From assembly GCA_022793875.1 (NCBI GenBank), contig JAAWDR010000033.1:50137-114136 (forward strand): a stretch of 64,000 bases of DNA, written 5' to 3'. Below, piece by piece: positions 19,954 to 28,510 of this stretch. The stretch's first letter is position 1. Each line of letters starts with the position of its first letter. The notes beneath the pieces were generated by a model, which was given only the letters and a program-made list of their open reading frames with translations, was not told where the DNA came from and did not search any database. Origin of the DNA: Clostridia bacterium (GTDB lineage Bacteria; Bacillota; Clostridia; TANB77; CAG-508). Position numbers and translations under genes: made by a program.

Positions 19954-20487
19954 ATGAAAGAAAAATTAGAAATAAACAAAGGAATAACACTGGTTGCATT
20001 AGTAATCACAATCATAATTTTATTAATTTTAGCAGGAATATCAATATCAAGTTTAACAGGAAGTGGGTTATTTAAAAGAACAGAAGATGCAAAGGAAAGT
20101 TATGAAGAGGCAGAAAATAAAGAGAATTCAATATTAGGAGAATATGAAAATTATATTGATAATTTAGGAAAAGATGATAACATAATTAATTTTACTTTAG
20201 ATGGAGCAAAGTATTCTTGTGAAAAAGGAACAAAATGGAATGAGTTTGCAGATAACAATTTAAAAGGAACAACATATGGAGTTGATATTTATAGTGAAAA
20301 GGAATTTTTAATTTGGGCAGACTCAAATACATGGACTGGAGAAAATGCAGTGCCAATAAAGGCAACATATATTTTAAAAGATGGAAACAAGGTAAGTTTT
20401 TATGATGAAATATGTAATGGAGAATATTTTAAAGAAGGAAAATTTGAATTAGAAGTGTATATAAATCAAATTTATTTAAAAATGTGA
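19954..20487 (+). CDS. Second pilin-like paralog (same N-terminal helix, divergent C-terminal domain)
   Basis: MKEKLEINKGITLVALVITIIILLILAGISISSLTGSGLFK is close to identical to the 18815 product over the first about 45 aa, then unrelated. GGGGAG RBS. Confidence 0.65.
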   Translation: MKEKLEINKGITLVALVITIIILLILAGISISSLTGSGLFKRTEDAKESYEEAENKENSILGEYENYIDNLGKDDNIINFTLDGAKYSCEKGTKWNEFADNNLKGTTYGVDIYSEKEFLIWADSNTWTGENAVPIKATYILKDGNKVSFYDEICNGEYFKEGKFELEVYINQIYLKM

Positions 20488-20628
20488 TAGATTATAAGTA
20501 TGCAGGATATAAAAATATATCCTGTATTTATTTTCGCAAAATTATTGCTAAAAATCATAATTTGTGATATAAAATAAAATGTAAAAAAGTATATAAGCTA
20601 AATAACCAAAGAACAGAGGTGGAAAAAA

Positions 20629-21363
20629 ATGATAAAAGCTTATGCCAAATCTGACAAGGGCAAAGTCAGAGAAATCAACCAAGACTATTACTACATATCA
20701 GAATCGCTAGACCAAGTCCAACTATACATATTAGCAGATGGAATGGGTGGATATAGTGGAGGAGAAATAGCAAGCAGTCTTGCAGTACAAACAGCAAAAA
20801 ACTATATAGAAAATAATTTTAAAGAAATAGAAAAAGACAAAGACAGTATAATACAATTACTAGGAAGTAGTATGGAATATGCAAATATGATAGTATATGA
20901 AAAATCAAAAGAAAATCCAGAACTACAAGGAATGGGAACAACTTTAGAAATATGTTTAATATATAATAATAAAGCATATATTGGTCATATAGGAGATAGT
21001 AGAATATATAGAATAAGAAAAGATTTTATAAGAAAACTAACACAAGACCATAGTTATGTACAAAAACTAGTAAAAGAAGGGACAATCACAAAAGAACAAG
21101 CAGAACATCATCCACAAAAAAACATGTTAATGAAAGCATTAGGATGTAATGCTTTTGTTGAACCAGATGTAATGGTAAAAGGATTTCTAAAAGATGATAT
21201 AATAATTATGTGTTCAGATGGATTAACAAATCTAGTAGACCAAACAACAATATATGAAATGGCAAGCAAGAATATTGAACAAGCAACAAAAGACTTAGTA
21301 ATCCTTGCAAATGATAGAGGAGGACATGATAACATTACAGTTATCATTATAAAGAACATATAA
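20629..21363 (+). CDS. PP2C-family Ser/Thr protein phosphatase (Stp/PrpC)
   Basis: LADGMGG ... metal-binding Asp motifs; 244 aa; immediately upstream of the PASTA kinase. Confidence 0.85.
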   Translation: MIKAYAKSDKGKVREINQDYYYISESLDQVQLYILADGMGGYSGGEIASSLAVQTAKNYIENNFKEIEKDKDSIIQLLGSSMEYANMIVYEKSKENPELQGMGTTLEICLIYNNKAYIGHIGDSRIYRIRKDFIRKLTQDHSYVQKLVKEGTITKEQAEHHPQKNMLMKALGCNAFVEPDVMVKGFLKDDIIIMCSDGLTNLVDQTTIYEMASKNIEQATKDLVILANDRGGHDNITVIIIKNI

Positions 21364-21382
21364 CCAAAGGGGGAAAATAACC

Positions 21383-23362
21383 ATGAATTTAGAAGGTAGG
21401 ATATTAGGGAATAGATACGAAATTATAGAAAAAGTTGGAAACGGTGGGATGGCAACAGTATATAAAGCAACAGATTTAGTATTAAAAAGATATGTAGCAG
21501 TAAAAGTATTAAGAGATGAATTTACAACAGACGAAGAATTTATAAAAAGATTTGAAACAGAAGCACAATCAGCAGCAAGACTAGTACACCCTAATATAGT
21601 TTCAATATTTGATGTTGGAATAGATAATGGAATATATTATATAGTAATGGAATTGATACAAGGAAAAACATTAAAAGAAATAATAATAGAAGAAAGAGGA
21701 CCATTACCATGGAAGTGGTCAGTAAATGTAGCAATCCAAATAGCATCAGCATTAGAAATGGCACATAAAAATAATATAATTCATAGAGATATAAAACCAC
21801 ATAACATAATAATAACAGAAGATGGAATAGCAAAAGTAACAGACTTTGGAATAGCAAAAGCAGTATCAAATTCAACAATGACTGCATTTGGAGCAACAAT
21901 AGGATCAGTACACTATTTTTCACCAGAACATGCAAGAGGTGGATATACAGATGCAAAATCAGACTTATATTCTTTAGGAGTTGTATTATATGAAATGGTA
22001 ACTGGAAAAGTACCATTTGATGCAGATACACCAGTATCAGTTGCATTAAAACATATGCAAGAAGATCCTATTGAACCAGTAGAAATAAATTCAAATTTAC
22101 CAGTAGCATTAAATAAAATAGTAATGAAAGCATTAAAGAAAGACCCTATGCTTAGATATCAAACAAGTACAGAGTTATTACAAGACTTAAGAACAGCTCT
22201 AAAAAATCCATCAGGAGATTTTATAGAGGAAAAAAATTATGACCCAACAGCAAGAACTCAAAAAATATCAACAGGTGAATATAGTAGTAGAACAAATAAA
22301 AGAAACAAAAAAGAAAATAACTTTATGATATTTATAAAAAAACATAAAGTTTTAAGTTCAATTGTAGGATTAATGATATTATTTGTATTAGCATTTGGAG
22401 GAACTATGCTAACAATAAATTTAACAAAACCAAAAGATGTTGAATTACCAAACTTAGTAGGACTTTCAAAAGAAGAAGCTGAACAAAAAATAAAAGATGC
22501 AAAACTAGTATTTGAAATAGAAAAAGAAGAATATAATTCAGAAGTTGAAGAAAACAAAATAATTAGCCAAGATCCTAAATATATTGAAAACTATAATAAA
22601 GTTAAAGAAGGAAGCACAGTAAAAGTTGTAATAAGCAAAGGAACAGAAAAAACAATAGTACCAAAAGTTATTGGAATGAAAGAAGAAGAAGCTATAAAAA
22701 CTTTAGAAGAAGCAAAACTAAAAGCAGAAGTGATAGAAGAAACAAGCAAAAAAATAGAAGAAGGATATATAATAAGTCAAGAAGTTGAAGCTGACACAGA
22801 AGCAAATGCAGGAGATACTATTAAAATACATGTAAGCATAGGAACAGGAATAGCAAAAATTACAATGATAGATGTTAAAGGAAAAACAGAAGCAGATGCA
22901 AAATCAACATTAGAAGCATTAAAATTAGTTGTAAATGTTGGATATAGTGAAGACAAATCAAAAGACAATGGTGTAGTTTTAAACCAAAGTATAAAAGTTG
23001 GAGAAGTTATAGAAGAAGGAACAACTGTAACTATTACAGTAAATAAATTAGCAGAAATAAAAACTGTACCAATAACAATAAATGTAAAATCATTATTAGA
23101 TGGAAAAATAACAGAAACGGTAAAAGATGAAAATGGAGAAGAAATAGAGCAGGTAAAAGACGTTAACTTAAGAGTTGTTGTAGGAGAAGATACTATATAT
23201 TCACAAAAAGTAAAAGCATCAGAAACAGCAATATCAGCTGGAAATGCAATAGGAACAGGGACTACAACAGTAAAAGTATATATAAATGATGTACTAAAAA
23301 ATACAAATACTTTAAATTATAGCTCAATGACATCTTATCTAGTAGAAAAAAGTAATATATAG
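21383..23362 (+). CDS. prkC: Ser/Thr protein kinase with TM segment and PASTA repeats (PrkC/StkP-like)
   Basis: Kinase motifs GNGGMATVYKA, HRDIKPHNI, DFG, SPE. TM helix at about 320-340. Three PASTA-like repeats. 659 aa. Confidence 0.9.
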   Translation: MNLEGRILGNRYEIIEKVGNGGMATVYKATDLVLKRYVAVKVLRDEFTTDEEFIKRFETEAQSAARLVHPNIVSIFDVGIDNGIYYIVMELIQGKTLKEIIIEERGPLPWKWSVNVAIQIASALEMAHKNNIIHRDIKPHNIIITEDGIAKVTDFGIAKAVSNSTMTAFGATIGSVHYFSPEHARGGYTDAKSDLYSLGVVLYEMVTGKVPFDADTPVSVALKHMQEDPIEPVEINSNLPVALNKIVMKALKKDPMLRYQTSTELLQDLRTALKNPSGDFIEEKNYDPTARTQKISTGEYSSRTNKRNKKENNFMIFIKKHKVLSSIVGLMILFVLAFGGTMLTINLTKPKDVELPNLVGLSKEEAEQKIKDAKLVFEIEKEEYNSEVEENKIISQDPKYIENYNKVKEGSTVKVVISKGTEKTIVPKVIGMKEEEAIKTLEEAKLKAEVIEETSKKIEEGYIISQEVEADTEANAGDTIKIHVSIGTGIAKITMIDVKGKTEADAKSTLEALKLVVNVGYSEDKSKDNGVVLNQSIKVGEVIEEGTTVTITVNKLAEIKTVPITINVKSLLDGKITETVKDENGEEIEQVKDVNLRVVVGEDTIYSQKVKASETAISAGNAIGTGTTTVKVYINDVLKNTNTLNYSSMTSYLVEKSNI

Positions 23363-23388
23363 TAAAAAATAAAAAACAAGGAGAAAAA

Positions 23389-23676
23389 ATGAAATTCGGA
23401 TTAACAGAAGAAATATATAATTTAATAAAACAAGTAATAAAAAATAATCCAGAATATAAATTCAAAATATTTGGCTCAAGAGCAAAAGGAACATATAAAA
23501 ATACTTCTGATATAGATTTAGCAATATTTGAAGATGTAAATAAGAATGATGAATTTAAAATAAGAAATGAAATAGATATGCTAGATATTGTATATAAAAT
23601 TGATTTAGTATTTGTAAACAAAGATACAAAAAAAGAACTATTAGAATCTATAAAAATGGAAGGAGTTGATTTCTAG
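23389..23676 (+). CDS. Nucleotidyltransferase (MNT, HI0073-like), antitoxin-like partner
   Basis: GSRAKGTYKNTSDIDLAIF = GS-x9-DxD minimal NTase motif; 95 aa; overlaps the next ORF by 1 nt. Confidence 0.8.
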   Translation: MKFGLTEEIYNLIKQVIKNNPEYKFKIFGSRAKGTYKNTSDIDLAIFEDVNKNDEFKIRNEIDMLDIVYKIDLVFVNKDTKKELLESIKMEGVDF

Positions 23677-24065
23677 TGAAAAGGTTTGAAGAGAGAAGAG
23701 AAGATTTAAATAAGGCAACTAATAGATTAGAAGAAGCTTTAGAAGTAGAAACAACAGACATAGCGATAGATGGAGTGTTACACAGATTTGAATTTACATT
23801 TGAACTAGCATGGAAAACAATGAAAGACTATTTAGAGTATCAAGGAATAGTAGAAAAGATAGGAAGTCCAAGAGAAGTTATAAAAGAAGCATTTTCAGCA
23901 GGATTAATAGATAATGGAGAAATATGGATAAAAATGATGATTTCAAGAAATACATTATCACATTTATATGACGAAGAAACTTCAAGAGAAATATATGATG
24001 ACATAAAAGAAGAGTATATTAGTGAAATAAGAAAACTTAACGAAAAGCTCTTCCAATTTATGTAA
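23676..24065 (+). CDS. HI0074-family nucleotidyltransferase substrate-binding / HEPN-like (HepT-type) protein
   Basis: 129 aa. GTG start overlapping the MNT stop (TAGTG). Similar to the HI0074 family; conserved R..H region. Confidence 0.75.
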   Translation: MKRFEERREDLNKATNRLEEALEVETTDIAIDGVLHRFEFTFELAWKTMKDYLEYQGIVEKIGSPREVIKEAFSAGLIDNGEIWIKMMISRNTLSHLYDEETSREIYDDIKEEYISEIRKLNEKLFQFM

Positions 24066-24111
24066 AAACATGGTATAATATAAAAGCATTCAAGAATATA
24101 TCATAAAGGAA

Positions 24112-24240
24112 AAAAGAAATAAGAGTCAAAGGCGACTTTGACTAGGATGGAGGGCTGTAAGGCGCAAGCTTTGCAAAAGGGGTGTTGGAACAATGTTTCA
24201 ACAAAGTCTGGAAATAGAAAAATATATTTCCAGACTTTTT
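24112..24240 (+). ncRNA. Candidate small structured RNA (family not recognised), ending in an intrinsic terminator
   Basis: A locally GC-richer 130-nt segment with three hairpins (AGTCAAAG..CTTTGACT; TGTTGGAAC..GTTTCAACA). Terminator AGTCTGGAAATA..TATTTCCAGACT + TTTTT. Not coding. Confidence 0.25.
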
Positions 24241-24433
24241 CCATTTATATTGCTTTTTTTTAACTTTATTTATATAATTGTTTAAGATAGACAAAAGAAA
24301 ATAAATTGATAAAAGAGGTTCATATGAGAAAAATTTAATTTCAATGAATTAAAAATTAAATAATATTAATAATGAAGATAAATTTTACCTAAAAACAATT
24401 CAAAATAACGAATTGTATGAATGTGGAGGAAAG

Positions 24434-25315
24434 ATGCAAGGAATAATAATAGAGAATATTTCAAATCTATATAGAATAAAGGCAGAAAACAAAATATACG
24501 AAGCAAATGCAAGAGGAAAATTAAAAAAAGAAGAAATAGTGCCAGTAGTTGGAGACAAAGTAGAAATAGAAATAATAGATGGAGAAAAAAACAAAGCAGT
24601 AATAGAAGAAATAAGAACAAGAGAAACATATATAAAAAGACCCAAAATGAGTAATATAAATCAAATAATATTAGTAGTTTCAAGTAAAAATCCAAAACCA
24701 GATTTACTATTATTAGACAAGCAATTAGCATATGCAGAATACTTAAAAATACAACCAGTAATAGTATTAAACAAAACAGATTTAGACAAGAAAGAAGAAT
24801 TCAAAGAAATAAAATCAATTTATGAAAAAATAGGATATAAAGTAATAGAAACAGTAGCTAAAGAACAAGAAGGAATACAAGAATTAAAAGAAATACTATA
24901 TGGAAATATAAATGTATTTTCAGGAAACTCAGGAGTAGGAAAATCAACATTAATAAATGCAATATTTGAAAAAGATGTAACACAAGAAGGAGAAATAAGT
25001 ACAAGGAATAAAAAAGGAAAAAATACAACAACAGCTACTAAATTATATGAGATAGATGAAAATACATATATAGCAGATACCCCTGGATTTTCAACATTTG
25101 ATATATCAGAAATAGAATATAAAGAATTAGACAAATATTTTAGAGAATTCAAATCAGTAATAGATAAATGCGAATATGTAGGATGTACACATATAAAAGA
25201 AGAAAATTGTGGAGTAAAGCAAGCAATTGAAGAAGGAAAAATACACCAAACAAGATATGATAGATTTTGTAAAATATATGAGGAATTAAAAGAAAGAGAT
25301 AAATATAAATATTAA
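24434..25315 (+). CDS. rsgA: Ribosome small-subunit biogenesis GTPase RsgA (YloQ/EngC)
   Basis: Circularly permuted GTPase motifs NKTD..(G4), GNSGVGKST (G1), DTPG. C-terminal zinc finger CEYVGCTHIKEENC. GGAGGA RBS precedes ATG 24434. Confidence 0.85.
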   Translation: MQGIIIENISNLYRIKAENKIYEANARGKLKKEEIVPVVGDKVEIEIIDGEKNKAVIEEIRTRETYIKRPKMSNINQIILVVSSKNPKPDLLLLDKQLAYAEYLKIQPVIVLNKTDLDKKEEFKEIKSIYEKIGYKVIETVAKEQEGIQELKEILYGNINVFSGNSGVGKSTLINAIFEKDVTQEGEISTRNKKGKNTTTATKLYEIDENTYIADTPGFSTFDISEIEYKELDKYFREFKSVIDKCEYVGCTHIKEENCGVKQAIEEGKIHQTRYDRFCKIYEELKERDKYKY

Positions 25316-25316
25316 T

Positions 25317-25364
25317 GTCCCATCGGGGACGTTTCTGTTTGGGACATTTTGTCCCAGTTGGGAC
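25317..25364 (+). promoter_or_regulatory. Three overlapping GTCCC/GGGAC palindromes immediately after rsgA (alternative-hairpin element)
   Basis: GTCCCATCGGGGAC, GGGACATTTTGTCCC and GTCCCAGTTGGGAC are mutually exclusive 5-bp stems; no T-run follows; lies between rsgA and rpe. Confidence 0.4.
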
Positions 25365-25414
25365 ACATCTTATAAGATAAGGAAAGCAAAACTTTCCAAA
25401 AGGAGGAAAATATA

Positions 25415-26074
25415 ATGGTAGAAATATCAACATCAATACTTTCAGTAATAAAAGGAGAAGAGTCAAAAACTTTTTTTGGATTAGAAAAAGCAAAAACAGA
25501 CTATTTTCATATAGATGTTATGGATGGAAAATTTGTAGAAAAAAATACATACAATAAAATGTTAGAATATGCATCATATATAAAAAGAATATCTAATTTG
25601 CCATTAGATGTACATTTGATGGTTAAAAATGTAGATGAAAGTATAGAAGATTTTTTAGCATTTAGTCCTAATATAATTACATTTCATTATGAAGCATGCA
25701 AAAATAAAGAAGAAGTAATGAAATATATAAAAAAAATAAAAGAAAACAATTGTAAAGTAGGATTAAGCATAAAGCCAGAGACAGATATAGAAGAAATATA
25801 TGAATTTTTGCCATATATTCATATGTGTTTAATTATGACAGTTGAACCTGGTAAAGGTGGACAAACACTTTTAGTAAATATGGTAGATAAGATATCAAAA
25901 TTGAAAAAATATGTAGATGAAAATAATTTAGAGATTGATATAGAGGCAGATGGTGGAATAAATCTAAAAACAGCGGATGCTGTAAAAGATGCAGGAGCTA
26001 ATATATTAGTTTCAGGAACAGCAATTTTGATTGCTAAAGATTATAAAACCATAATAGATGAATTAAAGAAATAG
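25415..26074 (+). CDS. rpe: Ribulose-phosphate 3-epimerase
   Basis: FHIDVMDGKFV, TIM barrel, conserved operon position after rsgA; 219 aa. Confidence 0.9.
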   Translation: MVEISTSILSVIKGEESKTFFGLEKAKTDYFHIDVMDGKFVEKNTYNKMLEYASYIKRISNLPLDVHLMVKNVDESIEDFLAFSPNIITFHYEACKNKEEVMKYIKKIKENNCKVGLSIKPETDIEEIYEFLPYIHMCLIMTVEPGKGGQTLLVNMVDKISKLKKYVDENNLEIDIEADGGINLKTADAVKDAGANILVSGTAILIAKDYKTIIDELKK

Positions 26075-26197
26075 AAATTATTGACAATTTTATGTAAATA
26101 TGATAAAATTTAAATAGTTATTAATAAAGAATCCAAAAAGGTTAAGTAAAAATCTTGGAGGGTTGTCATCCAAGATAATTATCAAGGAGGAACAGAA

Positions 26198-26461
26198 ATG
26201 TCAAAGTCAAGAAGAACTGAAAAGCAGGTGTTGGACAGAGAAGTAGAAAGGAGCATACAGGAAGAGCAGGATATCCAGGCTGCTATTAGAGACAGCGGAT
26301 ATTTCTATGATGAAGACTGGTATACGTACCAGGAATATCTTGCGAAACAGGAAAAAGAAATAAGACGGCAGCAAACGGAAAGAGAACTGTATGACGATGA
26401 CGATTTCTTCTGGGGAGATTATGATTACGATGAAGGCGATGATGACTGGGATGGAGAGTAA
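26198..26461 (+). CDS. Small highly acidic hypothetical protein (87 aa), GC-richer than its surroundings
   Basis: GGAGG RBS. About 42% GC against a background of about 28%. C-terminus YDDDDFFWGDYDYDEGDDDWDGE. A TTGACA-17-TAAAAT promoter lies at 26081-26109. Confidence 0.5.
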   Translation: MSKSRRTEKQVLDREVERSIQEEQDIQAAIRDSGYFYDEDWYTYQEYLAKQEKEIRRQQTERELYDDDDFFWGDYDYDEGDDDWDGE

Positions 26462-26622
26462 TTCTTGATTTACGAAAGGGAGTCAAAATGCATTTTGCAT
26501 TTGGCTCTCTTGCCTTTTAGAAATCTATTTGACAATATTACATTTAAGGTATATAATATAAAAGATACTAACATTAGTATTTGTAACTGTAAACCACGCA
26601 CCTTAATAGGAGGTAGTGAAAA

Positions 26623-26784
26623 ATGAAGCACGTAAAAACTATCAAAGGAAATTTGAAGGACACAATGAAAAATGGCGGATGCGGAGAATGTCAGACATCC
26701 TGCCAGTCTGCATGTAAGACTTCCTGCACAGTAGGAAATCAGAAATGCGAGAACGTGAAGAACCTCGAAGAAGTCAAAAAGTAA
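26623..26784 (+). CDS. scfA: SCIFF six-cysteine ranthipeptide precursor peptide
   Basis: 53-aa product MKHVKTIKGNLKDTMKNGGCGECQTSCQSACKTSCTVGNQKCE.. matches the SCIFF core GGCGECQTSCQSACKTSCTV. RBS GGAGGTAG. Promoter TTGACA-17-TATAAT at 26529-26557. Terminator at 26795-26822. Confidence 0.8.
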   Translation: MKHVKTIKGNLKDTMKNGGCGECQTSCQSACKTSCTVGNQKCENVKNLEEVKK

Positions 26785-26929
26785 TTAGTGTTTCAAGGGC
26801 AAGAGCATTGCATTTTATATGTGATGCTCTTTACCATATAGACAAAAATAACAAGCAAAAAATTCAAAAACTATTGTAAAAAAAGAAAATATATGTTAAT
26901 ATAATAAAAGTAAACAAAAAATAAATAAA

Positions 26930-27266
26930 AAATCCAATTAAAAAGCAAAGTATATATATTAATAAGTTTCACAGAGAGAATATCTAGAGCTGAGAGATAT
27001 TCAAACAAAAATATATAGAAATTTCACTTTTTAGGACTTCTTTTGAACAAAGGAATACAACTTTCACAATAGTTTAGTTGTATAAGTTATTTGTAAGAAG
27101 CAAAGCTTCAACAGCTGACTTAAGAGTAGAAAGAAGCGGTTGAACCGTTAAAACTATAATGAGGTTAATTAAAAATAATTAATAAAATTAGGTGGTACCA
27201 CGGAATAAATCCATTTCGTCCTATAACTATATAAAAATATAGTAGGATGAAATGGATTTTTTTAGT
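26930..27266 (+). promoter_or_regulatory. T-box riboswitch leader (Phe) for pheS-pheT
   Basis: T-box consensus AAATTAGGTGGTACCACGG at 27185-27203, followed by the terminator AAATCCATTTCGTCCTA...TAGGATGAAATGGATTTTTTT (27208-27265). Stem I AGAGA motif and a UUCA-containing loop upstream. Confidence 0.7.
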
Positions 27267-27380
27267 TTAAGTGAGACAAATTTGGACTGTCCCAAGTGTC
27301 TCAAGATTTGGCAAACGAGAATTTTGAAAAAATTCTCGGATGACGATGAGCGAACGAAGTGAAGTGAAAGGAGAATTATA

Positions 27381-28430
27381 ATGAAAGAACAAATTACAAA
27401 AATAAAAGAGACTTCAGTAGAAGAAATAAAAAAAGCTGAAGACCTAAAAACATTAAATGAAATAAGAGTAAAATACTTAGGAAAAAAAGGAGAGCTAACA
27501 GCAGTATTAAGAGGAATGGGAGGATTATCACCAGAAGAAAGACCAATTATAGGAAGCTTAGTAAACGAAGTAAGAGATGAACTAGAAAAAATAATACAAG
27601 AAAAAGAAGAAAAATTTCAAGTAGAAGAATTAAATAAGAAATTAGAAGCAGAAAAAATAGACATAACATTACCAAGTAGTAAAATGAAAAGAGGAAGTTT
27701 ACATCCAGTAAATAGAATAATAGAAGACATAGAAGATTTATTTGTATCAATGGGATATGATGTAGTAACAGGACCAGAATTAGAAAATGATGAATACTGT
27801 TTTGAAAGACTAAACCTACCAAAAGGACATCCAGCAAGAGATATGCAAGATAGTTTTTATATCACAGATGAGTATTTATTAAGAACACAAACATCATCAG
27901 TTCAAGCAAGAACAATGATGGCAAATACTGAAAAGACACCAATAAGAATAATAACAACTGGTAAAACATATAGAAGAGAAGATGATGCAACACATTCGCA
28001 TCAATTCAATCAAATAGAAGGACTAGTAATAGATAAAAAAGAAAGAAATGTATCATTAGCAGACTTAAAAGGAACACTTGAAGTATTTGTTAGAAAAATA
28101 ATAGGGGCAAATTTAGACTTAAGATTTAGACCAAGTTATTTCCCATTTACAGAACCATCATATGAAGTAGATGTAACATGCTTCAAATGTGGAGGAAAAG
28201 GATGTAATCTATGTAAACAAACAGGATGGATAGAAGTATTAGGAGCAGGAATTGTACATCCAAATGTTTTAAAAATGAATGGATATAATCCAGATGAATT
28301 TGGAGGATTTGCTTTTGGTACAGGAATTGATAGACTTGCTATGTTTAGATATGGTATTACAGATATGAGATATTTGTATGCTAATGATGTAAGATTTTTA
28401 TCTCAATTTGATAGAAAAGATGAAGAATGA
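27381..28430 (+). CDS. pheS: Phenylalanine--tRNA ligase alpha subunit
   Basis: Class II aaRS motifs; 349 aa; follows the T-box leader. Confidence 0.9.
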   Translation: MKEQITKIKETSVEEIKKAEDLKTLNEIRVKYLGKKGELTAVLRGMGGLSPEERPIIGSLVNEVRDELEKIIQEKEEKFQVEELNKKLEAEKIDITLPSSKMKRGSLHPVNRIIEDIEDLFVSMGYDVVTGPELENDEYCFERLNLPKGHPARDMQDSFYITDEYLLRTQTSSVQARTMMANTEKTPIRIITTGKTYRREDDATHSHQFNQIEGLVIDKKERNVSLADLKGTLEVFVRKIIGANLDLRFRPSYFPFTEPSYEVDVTCFKCGGKGCNLCKQTGWIEVLGAGIVHPNVLKMNGYNPDEFGGFAFGTGIDRLAMFRYGITDMRYLYANDVRFLSQFDRKDEE

Positions 28431-28510
28431 GACAAGTGGGACAGACGAAAATTTTGAAAAAAATTTTGGATGACGATGAACGAACGAAGTGAGTGAAAGG
28501 ATGGAAAAAA

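Noticed and set aside
18815-20487. The pilin-like genes as competence pseudopilins (ComGC-like) or flagellins
   Set aside because: There are no adjacent comG-type genes and no flagellin domains. The proteins have the pilin-like N-terminal helix but atypical +5 Ala, so I left them as pilin-like without a specific subtype.
21591-22046. 151-aa minus-strand ORF inside prkC
   Set aside because: Antisense shadow ORF of the kinase gene with leucine-rich low-complexity sequence.
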